A stretch of 62,261 nt of DNA, counting the filler. It is 4 parts of 4 records of this genome, joined end to end, with 100 filler letters (N's around TTAATTAATTAA, not from the genome) between each part and the next. Parts side by side here need not be neighbours in the genome. Positions count along the whole stretch, not along the records: positions 37,658 to 48,511 come from DRR378314_2121; positions 48,612 to 62,261 come from DRR378314_2128; 2 more parts are not named here. One strand, given 5' to 3'. Shown here piece by piece: positions 45,964 through 55,579 of the stretch. Position numbers and translations under genes: made by a program. A model generated the notes under the pieces. That model was not told the DNA's origin, searched no databases, and was given only the letters and a program-made list of their open reading frames with translations. Position 1 is the stretch's first letter, and every line of letters begins with the position of its first letter.

Positions 45964-48281
45964 TTAAAACCCTTTTGTATGCAAAGCAGCTGCACCTGCT
46001 TCCTGATATTCCGCAGCAGTCACCCACATTCGGCGGAACGTGCTCAATGCAGCCAGAATAGACCCTGCAGCAGGAGCAGCAGCACGGCGCCAAGAGTAAG
46101 TGCACAGCCGACAAGAGAAAATCACGTACTTTCCCCGTTATTCATCTTCCACAACCGAAAGTTTCTAATAAAGCATCAACGTGCTTATGAGCAACAACGC
46201 AACGATGGCGGCGTACCTCCGATCCACGCGGAGTACTTTCGCTCAGGGGGTGCAGCGATGCGCACGGTGACGTCCTTGGGAACAAGTTCGTGGAGCTCGC
46301 TGAGCAAGCGTTGCCCAAATCCTGCAAGCGGTACAAGATCCATCCAAACGAGCGTCATCCAAAGCCATCAGTCAATGCGCATCACAACGCATCCCGACCT
46401 GACGATCAGAGTGCGCGGCAGCGCGCCGTACCTCGGAAGAGGGTGGAACCGCCAGCAAGCGTCACACCGCCGTAAAGCGTGCGCCGTACGTCCACGTCTG
46501 CACGCGACACGCTTGAAAACAGCATCTGCTGCACTCCTTCATACTCTGTGCCACCAAGCCTGTAAAAACAAGGCGATACCAATGATGGGTAAACAAGCGC
46601 ACTTGCGGCACGGTGCGGCTGTAGAATGCGCGCGTACACTCAACCGCGTCGGACAGACAGCTCGCTGAAGGCTCGTTCTCCGACGCCGCACCCTAGTACA
46701 CACCCATACGCACACGATTCACTGCATTGCGATCCGAAGGGATAGTGGCTATACGCAGTGTTCTAACAACGCACGATGGGTCGAAGAGGATCTCCGGCGC
46801 CTGCCAGCGCTCGTCACCGAGCGACACGGTCGTCCCGTCGGGCATCGTGTACTCGGCGATCGTGGACCCGACAGCCTCCGCTTTGTTCACCTGCGAGACC
46901 GTCAGTTCCAGGGCGTGGCACACAAACAGCGCAGCATGAGCACAATGCTCCCCGAGCGCCATTCGCGGTACACATACGCACCACGTGTGGAGTACATGCA
47001 CTCCCTTCCCATCGTCACTCCGTGCGTGCTTTGGCGCCAGGGAGCGCAGCCGCATACGGTGCGGGCTTCGCCTCGCGCGTCCAGACGTACCGCAACCTCG
47101 CACACTTTCTCCTTGATCTCCCGGCACACATCGCGCTCCGACGAGGTGTGCAGCGCGTATCTGCACTCCATCAGAGCAAGGGCAACCCCACCATCCCCGC
47201 AAGCAATGCGCATCGTACATCATAGCAGTGCGTGAGAGCGCCACAGGCGACGCGACGCGCGGCTCGCGCGTGTACGAAGCAATCACACGCGCGCCCCACC
47301 GGAGATCTACACTGTGCCCTTCTCCGCGCAAACGCCGCTGCCTCTACGTGTCCACAATGCGCACGTGTACACGCTACAGCTACGTACCCGCTGCGCTGGA
47401 GGAGCTTCATCATACGATCCGTGACGTCACGGCCCCCGATGTTCGAGCGGCGGATGCAGTGCGGCAGCGATATGCCTTGCACTACCGGAACCACGTGCGA
47501 CACGCCGTCACCGCAGTCCAAGACAAGGCCCGTCGTTCGACCGGAGGCGTAGAGCGAAAGCACTGCTTGGATGGATACAAACATTGCCGGCGCGTGGAAC
47601 GTCTCGAAGAACACCTCGGCGGCGCGGTCGCGATGGGCGCGCGGGTTCAGCGCCGGCTCGGTCAGCAGCACCGGATGCTGCAGCGCCGCGCACCGGCACG
47701 AGAACACCGCTCGCACATGAGAGCCCGCTGTGTGCGTGCGTGTATCCTCGTCGCGCACTGGCTTGGTGCTTGTGTGCGCTGCCGGTTGCTGTGCACGGAT
47801 GTGGCGCTCGAGCGCGCTGCCGGTGGCTGCGCGGTGTGGGAATGCGGCACTGCGCACGCACCTCCTCTGCCTTGCACTTGAGCTCGCTTGTGTACATGTG
47901 CGACCACACGCGCTCCATATCCGTCCAATCATTAACCACACCATGGTCCAGCGCGTATCGCAGGCGCAGCACGCCGCGCGACTCCACCGCCGCGCGGCCG
48001 ACGTGCACGTCGCCGTCAAGTCCGCCGACCATGCTCTTCTCGTACTTCACCGTGCCGACCCTGCAACGAGCATACACGTACCGTACACCCCGCATCCAGT
48101 GAGTCCACGTACACGTGCATGACCGCAGCTATCGGAAAGAGGTATGTGCATGCCACGCATGTGTGCGCAGCTCCCGTGCCGCGCGCGCGAAGACAGAGAG
48201 AGCGCAGCGGACGCACAGGGACGGGAAGGCGCATTTCGGCAGGTTCTCCCCAGCGTATCCGGCCTTGAGCAGTCCGCTTCC
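45964..48281 (-). CDS. ARP1: Actin-related protein 1 (centractin, dynactin subunit), 8 exons, 5' exon missing
   Basis: Exons 48281-48217, 48060-47862, 47677-47388, 47160-47091, 46890-46775, 46559-46432, 46321-46217 and 46064-45964 splice in frame. Arp1-type [45 protein letters not shown]. Confidence 0.88.
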
Positions 48282-48511
48282 CTGTATACGGCAGTACACA
48301 CGCGCCCGCAGTACGCAACAGTGAGCGCTATACTTTTCTCGCAGGTGCTCCCCAGGAGTATTACAGTTCGTTCGCTGCGCGCACAGTACCTGCCCGTGTC
48401 GCGCTCTTCGCTGCGCACAAGCAGTCCGGCGCGCGGAGAGCGCAGCGCCAGGGACGCGCGGACTCAACTCGCACGCGACGGGCGCTACATACACGTGTGC
48501 GCGTACACAAA

Positions 48512-48611
48512 NNNNNNNNNNNNNNNNNNNNNNNNNNNNNNNNNNNNNNNNNNNNTTAATTAATTAANNNNNNNNNNNNNNNNNNNNNNNNNNNNNNNNN
48601 NNNNNNNNNNN
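48512..48611. other. Artificial contig spacer
   Basis: N44-TTAATTAATTAA-N44. Confidence 0.98.
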
Positions 48612-48626
48612 GGTCAACAGGCCCTA
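48612..48626. mobile_element. Terminal inverted repeat remnant of a repeated IS/MITE
   Basis: GGTCAACAGGCCCTA is the reverse complement (14/15) of 62233-62247. Confidence 0.6.
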
Positions 48627-48686
48627 GTACATCTCTTAACCAGAGCTCAGGTTAGTTAAGGTACGCTACGTAGCGTGTGAATTGAT

Positions 48687-48714
48687 AAAAGCTGAGCAAT
48701 TGCTCAGCTTTTTT
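48687..48714. terminator. Intrinsic terminator
   Basis: AAAAGCTGAGCA-at-TGCTCAGCTTTTTT. Confidence 0.75.
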
Positions 48715-48860
48715 ATTGATCGCGCATAGCTACAGGTCATGGATTAAGGGATTATCGCGTTTTTTGCTACAGTGTGCCGACCAAGGTCGCATATAAATTG
48801 TTCAACAAAGCACCTACATTTTATAGGGTCTCTCACACATTTATAGTTTTGGAGCCCTTT

Positions 48861-50744
48861 ATGTCAGGCCAATACCAACAACAATATAAACAGTTTTTAA
48901 ATGATCCGGCTCAATTCTGGTTAGCACAAAGTAAGCGAATTCCTTGGTTTACTCCCCCGTCCACAGCGTATACGCAAGATGAAAATAATTTTTACCATTG
49001 GTTTGCCGATGGGCAGCTCAATACTTGTTACTTAGCGCTTGATCAACATGTTGATGCGGGGTTTGGTGAACAAACTGCACTTATTTACGACTCGCCTGTA
49101 ACCAATACTCAAAAACAATACAGCTACTTTGAACTACAACAAGAAGTGGCTAAGTTTGCAGGTGTTATGCGTGATTTAGGGGTCGAGCAAGGCGATTGTG
49201 TGGTGATTTATATGCCCATGATCCCAGAAGCGGTGATTGGCATGTTAGCCTGTGCACGTATTGGTGCTGTTCACTCTGTGGTGTTTGGTGGTTTTGCGGC
49301 GCATGAGTTGGCGGTCAGAATTGACGATGCAAAACCTAAGTTAGTGCTCAGTGCATCTTGCGGGGTTGAGGTAAATACGGTTATTGAATACAAATCGCTG
49401 ATTGATAGTGCGCTTGAGCTTGCAAGCCATAAAATTGACCACTGTGTTATTCATCAGCGTGAGTACGTTACGGCCAAGCTTATACCTGGGCGTGATATTA
49501 ATTGGGCAGAGGCAATGCAAACAGCCCAGCCCGTTGCCCCTGTTGCCTTGCAAGGAGATCACCCGTTATACATTTTGTATACCTCTGGTACTACGGGCAC
49601 GCCAAAAGGGGTGGTAAGAGAAAATGCCGGTCATGCAGTGGCTATGCATTACAGCATGGAAACTGTCTACGGCATGAAGCCCGGTGAAGTATTTTGGGCG
49701 GCCTCTGATATTGGTTGGGTTGTTGGGCATTCGTATATTGTGTATGCCCCGCTGATTTATCGTTGCACGACGGTGCTGTATGAAGGAAAACCAGTGCGCA
49801 CGCCTGATGCCAGTGCCTTTTGGCGGGTCGTGGCTGAGTATAAAGTAAATGCCTTATTTAGCGCGCCCACTGCATTTAGAGCCATCAAAAAAGAAGACCC
49901 AAAAGCGCTGGGCTTTAAGCAATACGATACCTCATCATTAAAACGGTTATTTTTGGCGGGTGAACGATTAGATCCTCCTACCTATAACTGGCTTAAAGAG
50001 CATACACAGTTGCCCGTGCTTGATCATTGGTGGCAAACCGAAACCGGCTGGGCCATTGCCTGTAACCCTATTGGTATAGAAACCCTTGAAACAAAACCCG
50101 GCAGTGCCACAGTGCCAACGCCGGGGTTTGATGTGCAAATATTAAATATGGAAGGCGAGCAATGTGCGCCCAACGAAAGTGGTGCCGTGGTGATTAAACT
50201 GCCTCTGCCGCCGGGTTGTTTACCCACCATTTGGCAAAATGACGAACGTTTTAAAGCAGGTTACTTAAACGAATACCCCGGTTACTACTTGTCAGGTGAT
50301 GGTGGTTATATCGACGACGATGGCTACTTGTTTATTATGGGCCGCACAGACGATGTAATTAATGTGGCTGGGCATCGTTTATCAACTGGTGAAATGGAGG
50401 AAATTGTTGCCTCTCACGATGCCGTTGCTGAATGCGCGGTATTTGGTGTAAACGATTCACTCAAAGGCCAGCTACCCATGGCGATGATCGTATTAAAAGA
50501 CGATTACACCGATGAAGCCTGCCTTGTTGAGCAGCAGCTCGTTACGCTGGTAAGAGAGCAAATAGGGGCGATTGCCTGTTTAAAAACCATTGTACATGTT
50601 GCACGATTACCAAAAACACGATCGGGCAAAATATTACGTAAAAACTTACGCCAGCTGGTGGATGGCGAAGAACTCAACGTGCCCTCAACAGTAGACGATG
50701 CCAGTATTTTTGATGAAATAAAATCCACGTTAGTGGCAAGTTAA
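48861..50744 (+). CDS. prpE: Propionyl-CoA synthetase
   Basis: YTSGTTGTPKG, DHWWQTETGW, LPLPPG, LPKTRSGKILR; GGAG RBS before ATG 48861. Confidence 0.85.
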   Translation: MSGQYQQQYKQFLNDPAQFWLAQSKRIPWFTPPSTAYTQDENNFYHWFADGQLNTCYLALDQHVDAGFGEQTALIYDSPVTNTQKQYSYFELQQEVAKFAGVMRDLGVEQGDCVVIYMPMIPEAVIGMLACARIGAVHSVVFGGFAAHELAVRIDDAKPKLVLSASCGVEVNTVIEYKSLIDSALELASHKIDHCVIHQREYVTAKLIPGRDINWAEAMQTAQPVAPVALQGDHPLYILYTSGTTGTPKGVVRENAGHAVAMHYSMETVYGMKPGEVFWAASDIGWVVGHSYIVYAPLIYRCTTVLYEGKPVRTPDASAFWRVVAEYKVNALFSAPTAFRAIKKEDPKALGFKQYDTSSLKRLFLAGERLDPPTYNWLKEHTQLPVLDHWWQTETGWAIACNPIGIETLETKPGSATVPTPGFDVQILNMEGEQCAPNESGAVVIKLPLPPGCLPTIWQNDERFKAGYLNEYPGYYLSGDGGYIDDDGYLFIMGRTDDVINVAGHRLSTGEMEEIVASHDAVAECAVFGVNDSLKGQLPMAMIVLKDDYTDEACLVEQQLVTLVREQIGAIACLKTIVHVARLPKTRSGKILRKNLRQLVDGEELNVPSTVDDASIFDEIKSTLVAS

Positions 50745-50896
50745 GCTGTCAACCTAGCCAGTCGCCATTAGGCTGGCTTTAACAACATTGTGATGGCATA
50801 GGGATTATTTATACTATATAAACTGTTTAGACCTCTTAATTGTTCTTTATTGTGGCTAAAGTCGCTACACTGATTTTTTACTTTTTGAGGTGAGTA

Positions 50897-51985
50897 ATGC
50901 AGCAAAAGCCGTCGTCGTTTCCAACCCGCGTAATTATCGTTGTATTGCTAGGCTTTGCAGCTGTTCGCTTAGGCTGGGTGGATGCTGTAATGCAATGGTT
51001 TAACCCTGTGCCAACCTCAATGCAAGTGGTCGAAAAACCTGTCGAACAACCAATCAAGCGTGTTAAAGCGCAACGCCTTGTCGAACGGCCAGCGCCTGCG
51101 GCCCCGATCTATAAAAAAGCACAACCTAAAGAACCTGAAGTAGAAGACTCATGCCAATTAAATTGGCACGACAAAGAGGCCGTGGCTGATGCCAAAGAGC
51201 GTTTATCGTTATTGGATGACAACCTCGAATTTGAAAAATCACAATTTAGGCTAAGCAATTATGCGACGGTTAATTTAATTACCCCTAAATTGAGCGATGA
51301 TTATCATCAAACCTTAAAAACGCGTTTAAGTACTGCTTACACTCAATATCGGCGTTTCTTTCAAGTGAGTGCTCCTATGCCCTATAAAATTAACTTAGTG
51401 GTATTGCCACCGCGTTATTATCGGGATTACATATCGCAGTTTGGCTCCTCTTCCTCCACCAATATTGGTGTTTATTTTGGCGCGAGTAACACGGCTTTTG
51501 TTAAATATAACAGCCGTTACCCTGAGCAAAGCTTAACAACCGCCGTGCATGAGGCAATGCATGTATTTAATTATCGGCTGATTGGCAGGATGCCAAAGTG
51601 GTTAAACGAGGGACTCGCCGAAGTATTTGAAAATACACTTTACTTTGATAGTGAGAAAGTCATTAACGTACCCAGCCGATATTTTAAAGAGCGCTTGTTT
51701 ATGTTGTCGGTGTTAATTGATTCTGAAGAAAGCTGGCAGGGCGCAGATACATTACGAATGTATAGAAACTCGGCGTTGTGGGTTGGGTTTTTAATGCAAA
51801 GCAGCCGGGGTAAGCAGGTGTTAAAAGCATTACTGCAACACGAAGCGACTAATGTGTGTATTAAGTTGAGCGCTGAACAGGTTATTCATACGCTAATAGA
51901 TTACTACCCACGGTACGAAGAAGCCTTTAATAATTGGAGCAAAACTCACGTTAATACTAAAGCTGAATTTGTGCCTATTTTGTAA
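50897..51985 (+). CDS. Membrane-anchored gluzincin-like metallopeptidase domain protein
   Basis: N-terminal TM, AVHEAMHVF (HExxH) and WLNEGLAE. Confidence 0.7.
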   Translation: MQQKPSSFPTRVIIVVLLGFAAVRLGWVDAVMQWFNPVPTSMQVVEKPVEQPIKRVKAQRLVERPAPAAPIYKKAQPKEPEVEDSCQLNWHDKEAVADAKERLSLLDDNLEFEKSQFRLSNYATVNLITPKLSDDYHQTLKTRLSTAYTQYRRFFQVSAPMPYKINLVVLPPRYYRDYISQFGSSSSTNIGVYFGASNTAFVKYNSRYPEQSLTTAVHEAMHVFNYRLIGRMPKWLNEGLAEVFENTLYFDSEKVINVPSRYFKERLFMLSVLIDSEESWQGADTLRMYRNSALWVGFLMQSSRGKQVLKALLQHEATNVCIKLSAEQVIHTLIDYYPRYEEAFNNWSKTHVNTKAEFVPIL

Positions 51986-51990
51986 GTAAT

Positions 51991-52815
51991 CTAAGGCTCG
52001 TCATCACTTTGCGTTTGAGCGGGGCGATAGTCCCCTCTGTCAAGGCCATTAAAATAGCTTTGGTAGCGACCATCTTTTTTAAATTGGGCTAATTGCTGGT
52101 TAAAAATACTTAACAGCTGTTGGCTTTTCTCCCCGTCTTTAGGGAACAGTAAAAAGCTTTGATTGATTAACAGTGGCTTTGGGTGATGGGTTATTGTATT
52201 TGCAATATCAGCAAGTTCGTTGTTTAAAACATGATAACCCACGCTTTGCTCCTCGGCGAAAACGTCGATCCTGTTCATCGAGAGGCGTTTAAAGTTTTGC
52301 ACGCTACTGTTCACGCGTGAAATTTCAAATATTTCATCTTCGAGTGCTTTATCGAACTCTGCGCCATAGCTATAGGCAAGGCCACCACCAAGAATAAGGC
52401 CTTTTAAATCATTGACCGATTGCCAATCAAAAGGACGGCTTTGTAGGTGAAAAAACACAAACCGCTCATTGAGCACAGCGTCACTGAACAAAAAATGGTT
52501 GGTGCGTTCTTTTTCAAACATCCACACGGCTGTGGCGGCGTATTTTTGTTTTTGCGTGTCGTGGTAGGCACGTCCCCACGGTAAAAAGGTAAAGTTTACT
52601 TTAATGTTGGCTTGTGCAAATACATCGCGAATAAGGTGGGCAATTACACCTTGCTCAGGCAGTGATTCACTTAAAAAAGGAGGCCATTCGCCTGCGCTAA
52701 TTTCAATGGTGTTTACTTTGCTCGCTGCAAAAGAAGGCACAGCATAGCCACTGTAGCTTATACAAAGTAGCATCACAGCGCATAAGTTTGCTAAATACTG
52801 GCGTAATTTGACCAA
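51991..52815 (-). CDS. Periplasmic substrate-binding protein (family 3-like)
   Basis: GEWPPF, PWGRA, YSYG, RIDVF. Confidence 0.8.
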   Translation of the reverse strand: MVKLRQYLANLCAVMLLCISYSGYAVPSFAASKVNTIEISAGEWPPFLSESLPEQGVIAHLIRDVFAQANIKVNFTFLPWGRAYHDTQKQKYAATAVWMFEKERTNHFLFSDAVLNERFVFFHLQSRPFDWQSVNDLKGLILGGGLAYSYGAEFDKALEDEIFEISRVNSSVQNFKRLSMNRIDVFAEEQSVGYHVLNNELADIANTITHHPKPLLINQSFLLFPKDGEKSQQLLSIFNQQLAQFKKDGRYQSYFNGLDRGDYRPAQTQSDDEP

Positions 52816-52919
52816 CAGAAATTCGTTCCCTCATAAAGTGCTTAAAAAATAGCATACCTTATTTTTTTTATGTTATATACCAATAACAAGATTATGACGC
52901 TTTTTTGCCGTGCGTTATG

Positions 52920-53306
52920 TCAACAGTCTGGCTTAGGCTCTGGTACTTTGTTTATTTTTTTTAACTGATTTTCTAACGTGTTTAGATTAAACGGTTTAAT
53001 GATAAAACCAGTGACTTTAGCTGCGATGATTTCTTTAATTGATTTTTTGTTGTCTTCGCAGGTGACCATCAACACTGGGGTATCACTTAAAATTAGGTCT
53101 TCGCGAATTCGGGTTAATAACGTTTTACCATCCATTTTAGGCATATGTAAGTCTGTTATTACTAAATCAAACGCTTGTTTTTGCATTAACGCTAAGGCTT
53201 GTTTTCCATCTGTAGCCTCAGTAATGTGCTCAAAATTTAGTTTGCGCAACATGTTGATTAACACGTGTCGCATAAGTGGCATATCATCAACAACAAGTAC
53301 TTTCAT
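52920..53306 (-). CDS. Single-domain CheY-like response regulator
   Basis: MKVLVVDD, ITDLHMPKMDG, LMVT, IIKPF. Confidence 0.9.
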   Translation of the reverse strand: MKVLVVDDMPLMRHVLINMLRKLNFEHITEATDGKQALALMQKQAFDLVITDLHMPKMDGKTLLTRIREDLILSDTPVLMVTCEDNKKSIKEIIAAKVTGFIIKPFNLNTLENQLKKINKVPEPKPDC

Positions 53307-53341
53307 AGTATACGTAGTTTTAAAGTTAGTTGATTTTAAGG

Positions 53342-53884
53342 TTAGCCACTCTTTGCGCAATTAGCTACTAATTGGCTTAATCGGGCTATTTTTATATTAC
53401 TTAATTGTCGGTAATCAAAGTATGGGCAAACAATGACTTTGTGTTGCTCATTAATAGCAAACTCGTCATCAAGCCAATCTAACGTTATATTTAGTAAACC
53501 TTGGTTTATAAGGTTTTTAGCATGGGTGCGCCCTGCAATGATATGCAAAGTGTTATTGTTGTTTAATTGAGGCGGGCTAAATAATAGAGCGGTTTTACTG
53601 TTTGCTTGCAATAGCAATTCATCGCGATAGATTTGCCACGTAGCGGCTTGTTTGGCAAAGCTGTAATGTTCGCTAGGCAGTGCAAACAACACCTTAGCAT
53701 ACACATTAAATACTTTGCGCCAACCATTGCCACAGGCTTGGTTTATGGTGTTTATTTGGCCTTTGTTTAGTGGGGTGAGGTTTGTTAAATCTTGGTATTC
53801 TGGCATAGGTGGCGCTTTAGCAATGTAAACCGCTACGTTGAAATGTGGATCACCTATGCCTAGGTTAGTCGCAGTGTTTATCAT
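53342..53884 (-). CDS. Hypothetical protein
   Basis: 180-aa ORF coupled by 4-nt overlap to the yaiI-like gene; [25 protein letters not shown]. Confidence 0.75.
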   Translation of the reverse strand: MINTATNLGIGDPHFNVAVYIAKAPPMPEYQDLTNLTPLNKGQINTINQACGNGWRKVFNVYAKVLFALPSEHYSFAKQAATWQIYRDELLLQANSKTALLFSPPQLNNNNTLHIIAGRTHAKNLINQGLLNITLDWLDDEFAINEQHKVIVCPYFDYRQLSNIKIARLSQLVANCAKSG

Positions 53885-54330
53885 TTATTTTGCGCTAAAA
53901 TACGGTCGAGGTTGTTGGCAAAGTTTTGTCGGTCAGTTTGGCTAAGTGGTGGTGGACCGCCGTTCATTTCTACGCCACTTGAACGCATGGTATCCATAAA
54001 GTCACGTACATTAAGTAATGAGCGAATGTTTTCTGAGGTGTATAGCTCACCTCGAGGATTTAGTGCTTGTGCGCCTTTTTCAATGACTTCAGCAGCCAGG
54101 GGAATGTCACCGGTGATAACTAAATCGTTGGCTGATACACGTTTTACTATTTCATCATCAGCTACATCAAACCCCGATGATACTTGCACGCGGCTAATGT
54201 ATTTAGAGGGCGGTATGCGCATAGCGTGGTTAGCGACTAAAATAGTGTCGGTGTGTGTACGATCGGCGGCACGAAATAAAATGTCTTTGATCACCACAGG
54301 ACAGGCGTCAGCATCAACCCAAATCTTCAT
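53881..54330 (-). CDS. yaiI: YaiI/YqxD (UPF0178) family protein
   Basis: [26 protein letters not shown]. Confidence 0.92.
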   Translation of the reverse strand: MKIWVDADACPVVIKDILFRAADRTHTDTILVANHAMRIPPSKYISRVQVSSGFDVADDEIVKRVSANDLVITGDIPLAAEVIEKGAQALNPRGELYTSENIRSLLNVRDFMDTMRSSGVEMNGGPPPLSQTDRQNFANNLDRILAQNK

Positions 54331-54480
54331 TTATTTATACATCTTGTTAGTAAAAAATTGATCCTAACCTACTCGTTTATCAACAACCAGTATTTACTGA
54401 TTTTTTTACCATTAAATACGTTAAACTTTGCTTAAAAGCCGCTAAGATAATGGTTCTTTTAATGATAAGGATATAGCTTA

Positions 54481-55011
54481 ATGAATAAATTCCTTTTGGC
54501 CGCGCTTATCACGCTGTGTAGTGTGTTTGTTGTTGGTTGCAGTGGCTTGCCTGACGGCGTAAAACCTGTTGATGATTTTTCTCTCACGCGTTACCAAGGA
54601 ACCTGGTATGAAGTTGCCCGATTAGATCACTCTTTTGAGCGTGGCTTATCTAATGTAACGGCCACTTACAGCTTAAATGACGATGGCTCTGTTAAAGTGA
54701 TAAATAAAGGGTTTAATGACGAAGAAGGTCAATGGAGCGAGGCACAGGGTAAGGCTAAATTTGTCGGTGCCAGTGATGTGGGGCACTTGGAGGTGTCATT
54801 TTTTGGCCCGTTTTATAGCTCTTACGTGGTGTTTAAAATGGACCAACAAGATTATCAGTATGCGTTTGTATCTGGTTTTAACACTGATTATTTGTGGTTG
54901 TTATCGCGTACACCTACGGTTAGCCAAGCTGTTAAAGATGATTTTGTTGCCACGGCTAAAAAGCATGGTTTTGACACCAATTCACTTATTTGGGTTGCGC
55001 ATACACGCTAA
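54481..55011 (+). CDS. blc: Outer-membrane lipoprotein lipocalin
   Basis: Lipobox VVGC, YQGTWYEVARLDHSFE, VSFFGPF, WLLSRTP. Confidence 0.93.
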   Translation: MNKFLLAALITLCSVFVVGCSGLPDGVKPVDDFSLTRYQGTWYEVARLDHSFERGLSNVTATYSLNDDGSVKVINKGFNDEEGQWSEAQGKAKFVGASDVGHLEVSFFGPFYSSYVVFKMDQQDYQYAFVSGFNTDYLWLLSRTPTVSQAVKDDFVATAKKHGFDTNSLIWVAHTR

Positions 55012-55040
55012 CAAAGGGTTTTATGTCATGTACTTGTAGG

Positions 55041-55074
55041 TTGTCATAAAACTGCAATGGTTAAGGTTTATCAT
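55041..55074 (+). promoter_or_regulatory. Pho-box-like promoter
   Basis: TTGTCATAAAACTGCAAT, 10 nt, then -10 TATCAT. Confidence 0.5.
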
Positions 55075-55080
55075 GCTAAC

Positions 55081-55184
55081 CCTACCATTTAAGGTCTAAT
55101 TGCCTTGATGTTGACATGCGTATCCCCTAATTTATAACCAGTTTATTGGATATACAGGCAAGCTTTTTAGCTTGCCTTTTTTTT
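55081..55184 (+). ncRNA. Candidate small RNA, about 100 nt
   Basis: Lies between the pho-box-like promoter and the terminator; no credible ORF. Confidence 0.4.
55156..55184 (+). terminator. Intrinsic terminator
   Basis: AGGCAAGCT-tttt-AGCTTGCCT-TTTTTTT. Confidence 0.85.
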
Positions 55185-55243
55185 CTCGATTAGCGGTAAT
55201 AAAGACCTGTGTTTTGTTCAGATCACATTTTTACTAACTAAGC

Positions 55244-55579
55244 CTAATAAACGACAAAATAGCTGCCACTTAGCAGTAGTAAAACAACATTGAGTACACT
55301 CATGTGTTTTACCCATGAAGGCTTAAAGCTATAAAAAATCATTAATAATAAAACACTTAAGGCCATATAGCCGCAAAATAGTAGTCCACCATATCCTTGA
55401 TGCTTTACCACACACAGCAATAAACTTAGTAAAATACTGATCCATGCAGCGATCAAAAACTGCGGACTTTGCTTTTGGCTTGGTCGTGCTTTAAATACGT
55501 CACGGTAATGATTAAATTTTGCTAGCGCAAAACAGTTAAATGCCAGCAAACACAGGCTAAATTGCAAAAGTTCGGTCAT
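55244..55579 (-). CDS. Small membrane protein (DUF3325-like)
   Basis: Hydrophobic, FALAKFNHYRDVF; coupled to the PepSY-TM gene. Confidence 0.7.
   Translation of the reverse strand: MTELLQFSLCLLAFNCFALAKFNHYRDVFKARPSQKQSPQFLIAAWISILLSLLLCVVKHQGYGGLLFCGYMALSVLLLMIFYSFKPSWVKHMSVLNVVLLLLSGSYFVVY

Noticed and set aside
37658-48511. Dozens of overlapping Arg/Ala-rich ORFs in the GC-rich segment
   Set aside because: Expected by chance in GC-rich intronic DNA; the real coding signal is in short spliced exons.
37658-48511. Horizontal transfer of eukaryotic actin-like or SRP68 genes into a bacterium
   Set aside because: The genes have spliceosomal introns and are separated from bacterial DNA by artificial spacers.
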